Assembly: GCA_011109175.1 (NCBI GenBank)
Contig: RDEW01000008.1
Span: 880,476 to 944,475, forward strand
DNA: 64,000 nt
Reading direction: 5' to 3'
Origin: Dicyema japonicum
Taxonomy: Eukaryota > Animalia > Dicyemida
The position numbers and the translations under genes are program-made. Below are positions 61,069 through 64,000 of this stretch, piece after piece. Every line of letters starts with the position of its first letter. Position 1 is the stretch's first letter. The notes beneath the pieces are model-generated. The model searched no databases, was not told the origin of the DNA, and worked only from the letters and a program-made list of their open reading frames with translations.

Positions 61069-61368
61069 GCTTTAACCTTTCAATCTCCTGTGGTGTAAAT
61101 CAAGAAGGACGTTTCCGATTCCTTGTCTGTATTTGTCACTTCAGAGAAAACAGGACAAGTTCTTTAATGCCATGAGCCATTCTTTCTATGTGGAGCGTAA
61201 ATGTTCATTATTATGACGACTTTAACCTTTCAATCTCCTGTGGTGTAAATCAAGAAGGACGTTTCCGATTCCTTGTCTGTATTTGTCACTTCAGAGAAAA
61301 CAGGACAAGTTCTTTAATGCCATGAGCCATTCTTTCTATGTGGAGCGTAACTGTTCATTATTATGACG
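61069..61368. repeat. 150-bp tandem duplication (2 near-identical copies)
   Basis: TTTAACCTTTCAATCTCC at 61071 and 61221. Confidence 0.9.
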
Positions 61369-62351
61369 AGTGCTCTCATTTTTTTATATCTGCCTCCTCG
61401 GCATTCACTATGGAAGCTATCTCGTGATACCAACTCAGGATTGATCGGGTATCCATGAGCATGATTCTTATGCTTCGGATTACAGGTCTTGGCGGGCCTG
61501 ATCACTTTGGACCAGAACCACCACGTTCAGTAAATCCATATTCAGTTTACCACACTCTTCATTCAAGCGGTAAATCGCATACGTCAATTCTCTTGATATT
61601 CTTTCAGATTGTGATTCAATATTGATTATTAAATGCCGCAGCTTTAAAAAAACAAGTTTAATTGTGAAACGCAAACCAAAAATTATTTTATCTCATCGGT
61701 CATTTTTTTAATCGAGATTTTTCATATTCCCTTATATGTAATGGATACCCCCAAAAATATGTTGAATAGCACTTTCTTTGTAGTGATGTTCCATCATAAT
61801 TTCAATTAGAAAATGAACTCCAAACATTTTGATTTTTAGATAACACCGCTGAAATACCTTTTTTTACATTTTGATTATTCTTTAAATTAATAATTCCTCT
61901 TAATAATATGTGATGGGAATAGAATCTAATTCTCCACGTCGATGCTATTCTGCCTGGTAATTTCTTTACTCTAAGGGTAGCTCTGGGATTCACAAAACTG
62001 ATAGAAAAGATAAAATACACCAAAATCCCTATTGAAGTGTTTAATTTCGATAACCTTTAACTATATTGTCCATTATATTCAACACAATTATGAATATATT
62101 AATTTATTAGATATTTATTTAAAAATAATTTTTATTTTAATTACAATATAATAAAAATTCATTAATTTCATTTCTGGCTGAAGGACATATAATTTGATGG
62201 ATTTTGGTTCGAATCCGAAAAATGAAATTTTCAGTGAAAGTCAATTCTTGTCAAACAGATCCTATCCGTGAGGCGTCTAGTCCTTCTGGCACAACACAGT
62301 AGTTTAAAGGAATCTTCCTACTATTTACCTGACTAAATCCTATAGTGAAGA

Positions 62352-62618
62352 TTACAATCAATCCCATAAATGTTGACCCAATTCCCATAAATGTTGACCC
62401 AATTCCCATAGATGATGTCCAAGTTATATATCTAAATAACACACAAGTAAATCTATATTTTAAAATTTTAATTTTTTAGATTTGTTATCAACTAATACAG
62501 ATATGAGAAGTCGCAAGGTTTTTATGAACGAAAGTCTATTTAATCAAATTAAAAGATCAACATTTATGGGAATTGGGTCATCATTTATGGGGATTGGGTC
62601 ATCATGACAAGATTGTAA
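62352..62618. mobile_element. Small foldback/MITE-like element with 21-bp subterminal repeats
   Basis: CCCATAAATGTTGACCCAATT x about 3 at 62363-62420 and an inverted x about 2 at 62560-62605. TTACAATC/GATTGTAA at the ends; no TSD seen. Confidence 0.5.
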
Positions 62619-63034
62619 AGAGAGCTGAGGAACCTTTATGGTATTAAGAAGATCGTTAAAAACATAAATAAGCACCATCACCCATAATTGTGAGTCATTA
62701 CAATCTGGAATAAATAAAAAAAGGTTAATGATAAACTAATTCCTCAGTACAGGCGAATTAGAAAGAGACAACCTTGATACTCTTCTTATAGCGCCTAACT
62801 GTTTATACGTCACTCTTTCTCTGACAGCTTTCTTTTTCCATATTTGGGTCAACGAACCAGAAGAAAATTATAATTGGTTCAGAGATCCAGGATGTGTGAN
62901 AGACACAACCTTGATACACTTCTTATAGCGCCTACCTGTCATACGTCACTCTTTCTCTGACAGCTTTCTTTTTCCAAAATTGGGTCAACAAACCAGAAGA
63001 AAATTATAATTGGTTCAGAGATCCAGGATGTGTA

Positions 63035-63240
63035 ATGATATACATAAAGCCTTCGACACACAGTACCGAGAGAATAAACGATTGTCTAGAATGTGGGCAC
63101 TCCCAAAAAAATCGATTAAGTTATCTCAAAATTATTGTGATGATATACATAAAGCCTTCGACACACAGTACCGAGAGAATAAACAATTGTCTAGAATGTG
63201 GCCACTCCCAAAAAAATCGATTAAGTTAACTCAAAATTAT
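63035..63240 (+). repeat. 105-bp tandem duplication within a LINE RT remnant
   Basis: ATGATATACATAAAGCCTTCGACAC at 63035 and 63140; encodes DIHKAFDT (DxxKAFD motif). Confidence 0.85.
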
Positions 63241-64000
63241 GAATCGGATAGTGTACAAGAGAGAGTTTTATATTGTTGGAATGATCGGTTTCCTTATTAA
63301 TGATTGGCTTTTAGTCTGTCAATCAGCTGGTGACTGTTGCGGAGTCATGTGGGACCTTCTACTCTGTTTCCAAACAGTTTTGCAGATGAAATTACAAGCT
63401 TCTTACTGAATTGTGGTCCTTTCCCAATATGAGATTAAACAACTAACACACAAGTTTTGGATATATAAAAAGCAAATATATGTTGGTTTTCCGAAGTCCC
63501 TTTTAATAATATTGGATTTGAAGTCTTCACATTTGTTAAACGTAATCATTTTCTCAAAGTGATTGAAATTTAATTGAAATCCTCTTTGTTTCGTCGATCT
63601 GTTGAGCTGTCTTGTGACTACATATCATATTATAACACAATCATGGACCTCATGAAAATAAAGGATTTTGACTTTAATCAAAATTCAAAATTCAGAATAC
63701 ACATGTTTCAAGTTATGGTTATTCCACGGTTCGGAAAAATCTGTGTTGCATAACATTCTCATAAATAAAATAAAATTTATTGAAAGCAAATAAATTGAGC
63801 TTTAAAAAATATAAAAAACATAAACTGTAGAAAACAGAAGAGAACAGAAAAGTGGCTAACCGAGAGAGAAGAGGACCCCAATCAATCGGTTTAATGTGGC
63901 AAACAGACCTACAGTCTTATTCAATCAAAGGGAAATTTAAGGTATATGGACCATGACGAAGAGGCCATCAAAAGGAGTAATGGAGTTAACGCACAAAACA

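Noticed and set aside
62764-63034. ~136-bp duplication as a biological event
   Set aside because: The copies meet exactly at the only N in the window (62900), which suggests a gap or haplotype artefact; kept only as part of a cautionary finding.

Overview
AT-rich, repeat-dominated eukaryotic nuclear DNA with very few host genes. The one clearly identifiable gene is a divergent 14-3-3 (23963-24777). Its three GT-AG introns are only 47, 23 and 22 nt and sit at positions matching vertebrate 14-3-3 zeta introns, which points to a highly derived animal with ultrashort introns. A dicyemid mesozoan is my best guess; this is inference, not a database result. The window also holds a U1 snRNA (32441-32582), a tRNA-Thr(AGT) with tandem 5'-half copies, and a few orphan genes with about 22-nt introns. 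Most of the rest is decayed and nested transposons: many CRE-clade fragments, a near full-length RTE LINE, R4-like and I/jockey-like LINE remnants, Buster-type hAT, pogo and Tc1 elements, and a foldback MULE with tandem-repeat arms. There are also three TSD-bounded SINE families (A, B, D) and a TTAGGG-like 54/45-bp satellite. The most interesting signals are four: (1) an HDV-ribozyme-like nested double pseudoknot inside SINE-B; (2) SINE tails matching resident RTE LINE 3' ends; (3) twin-priming-type inversions; (4) arm-specific homogenisation in the foldback element. Boundaries of decayed elements are approximate. Family assignments come from motif recognition by eye.
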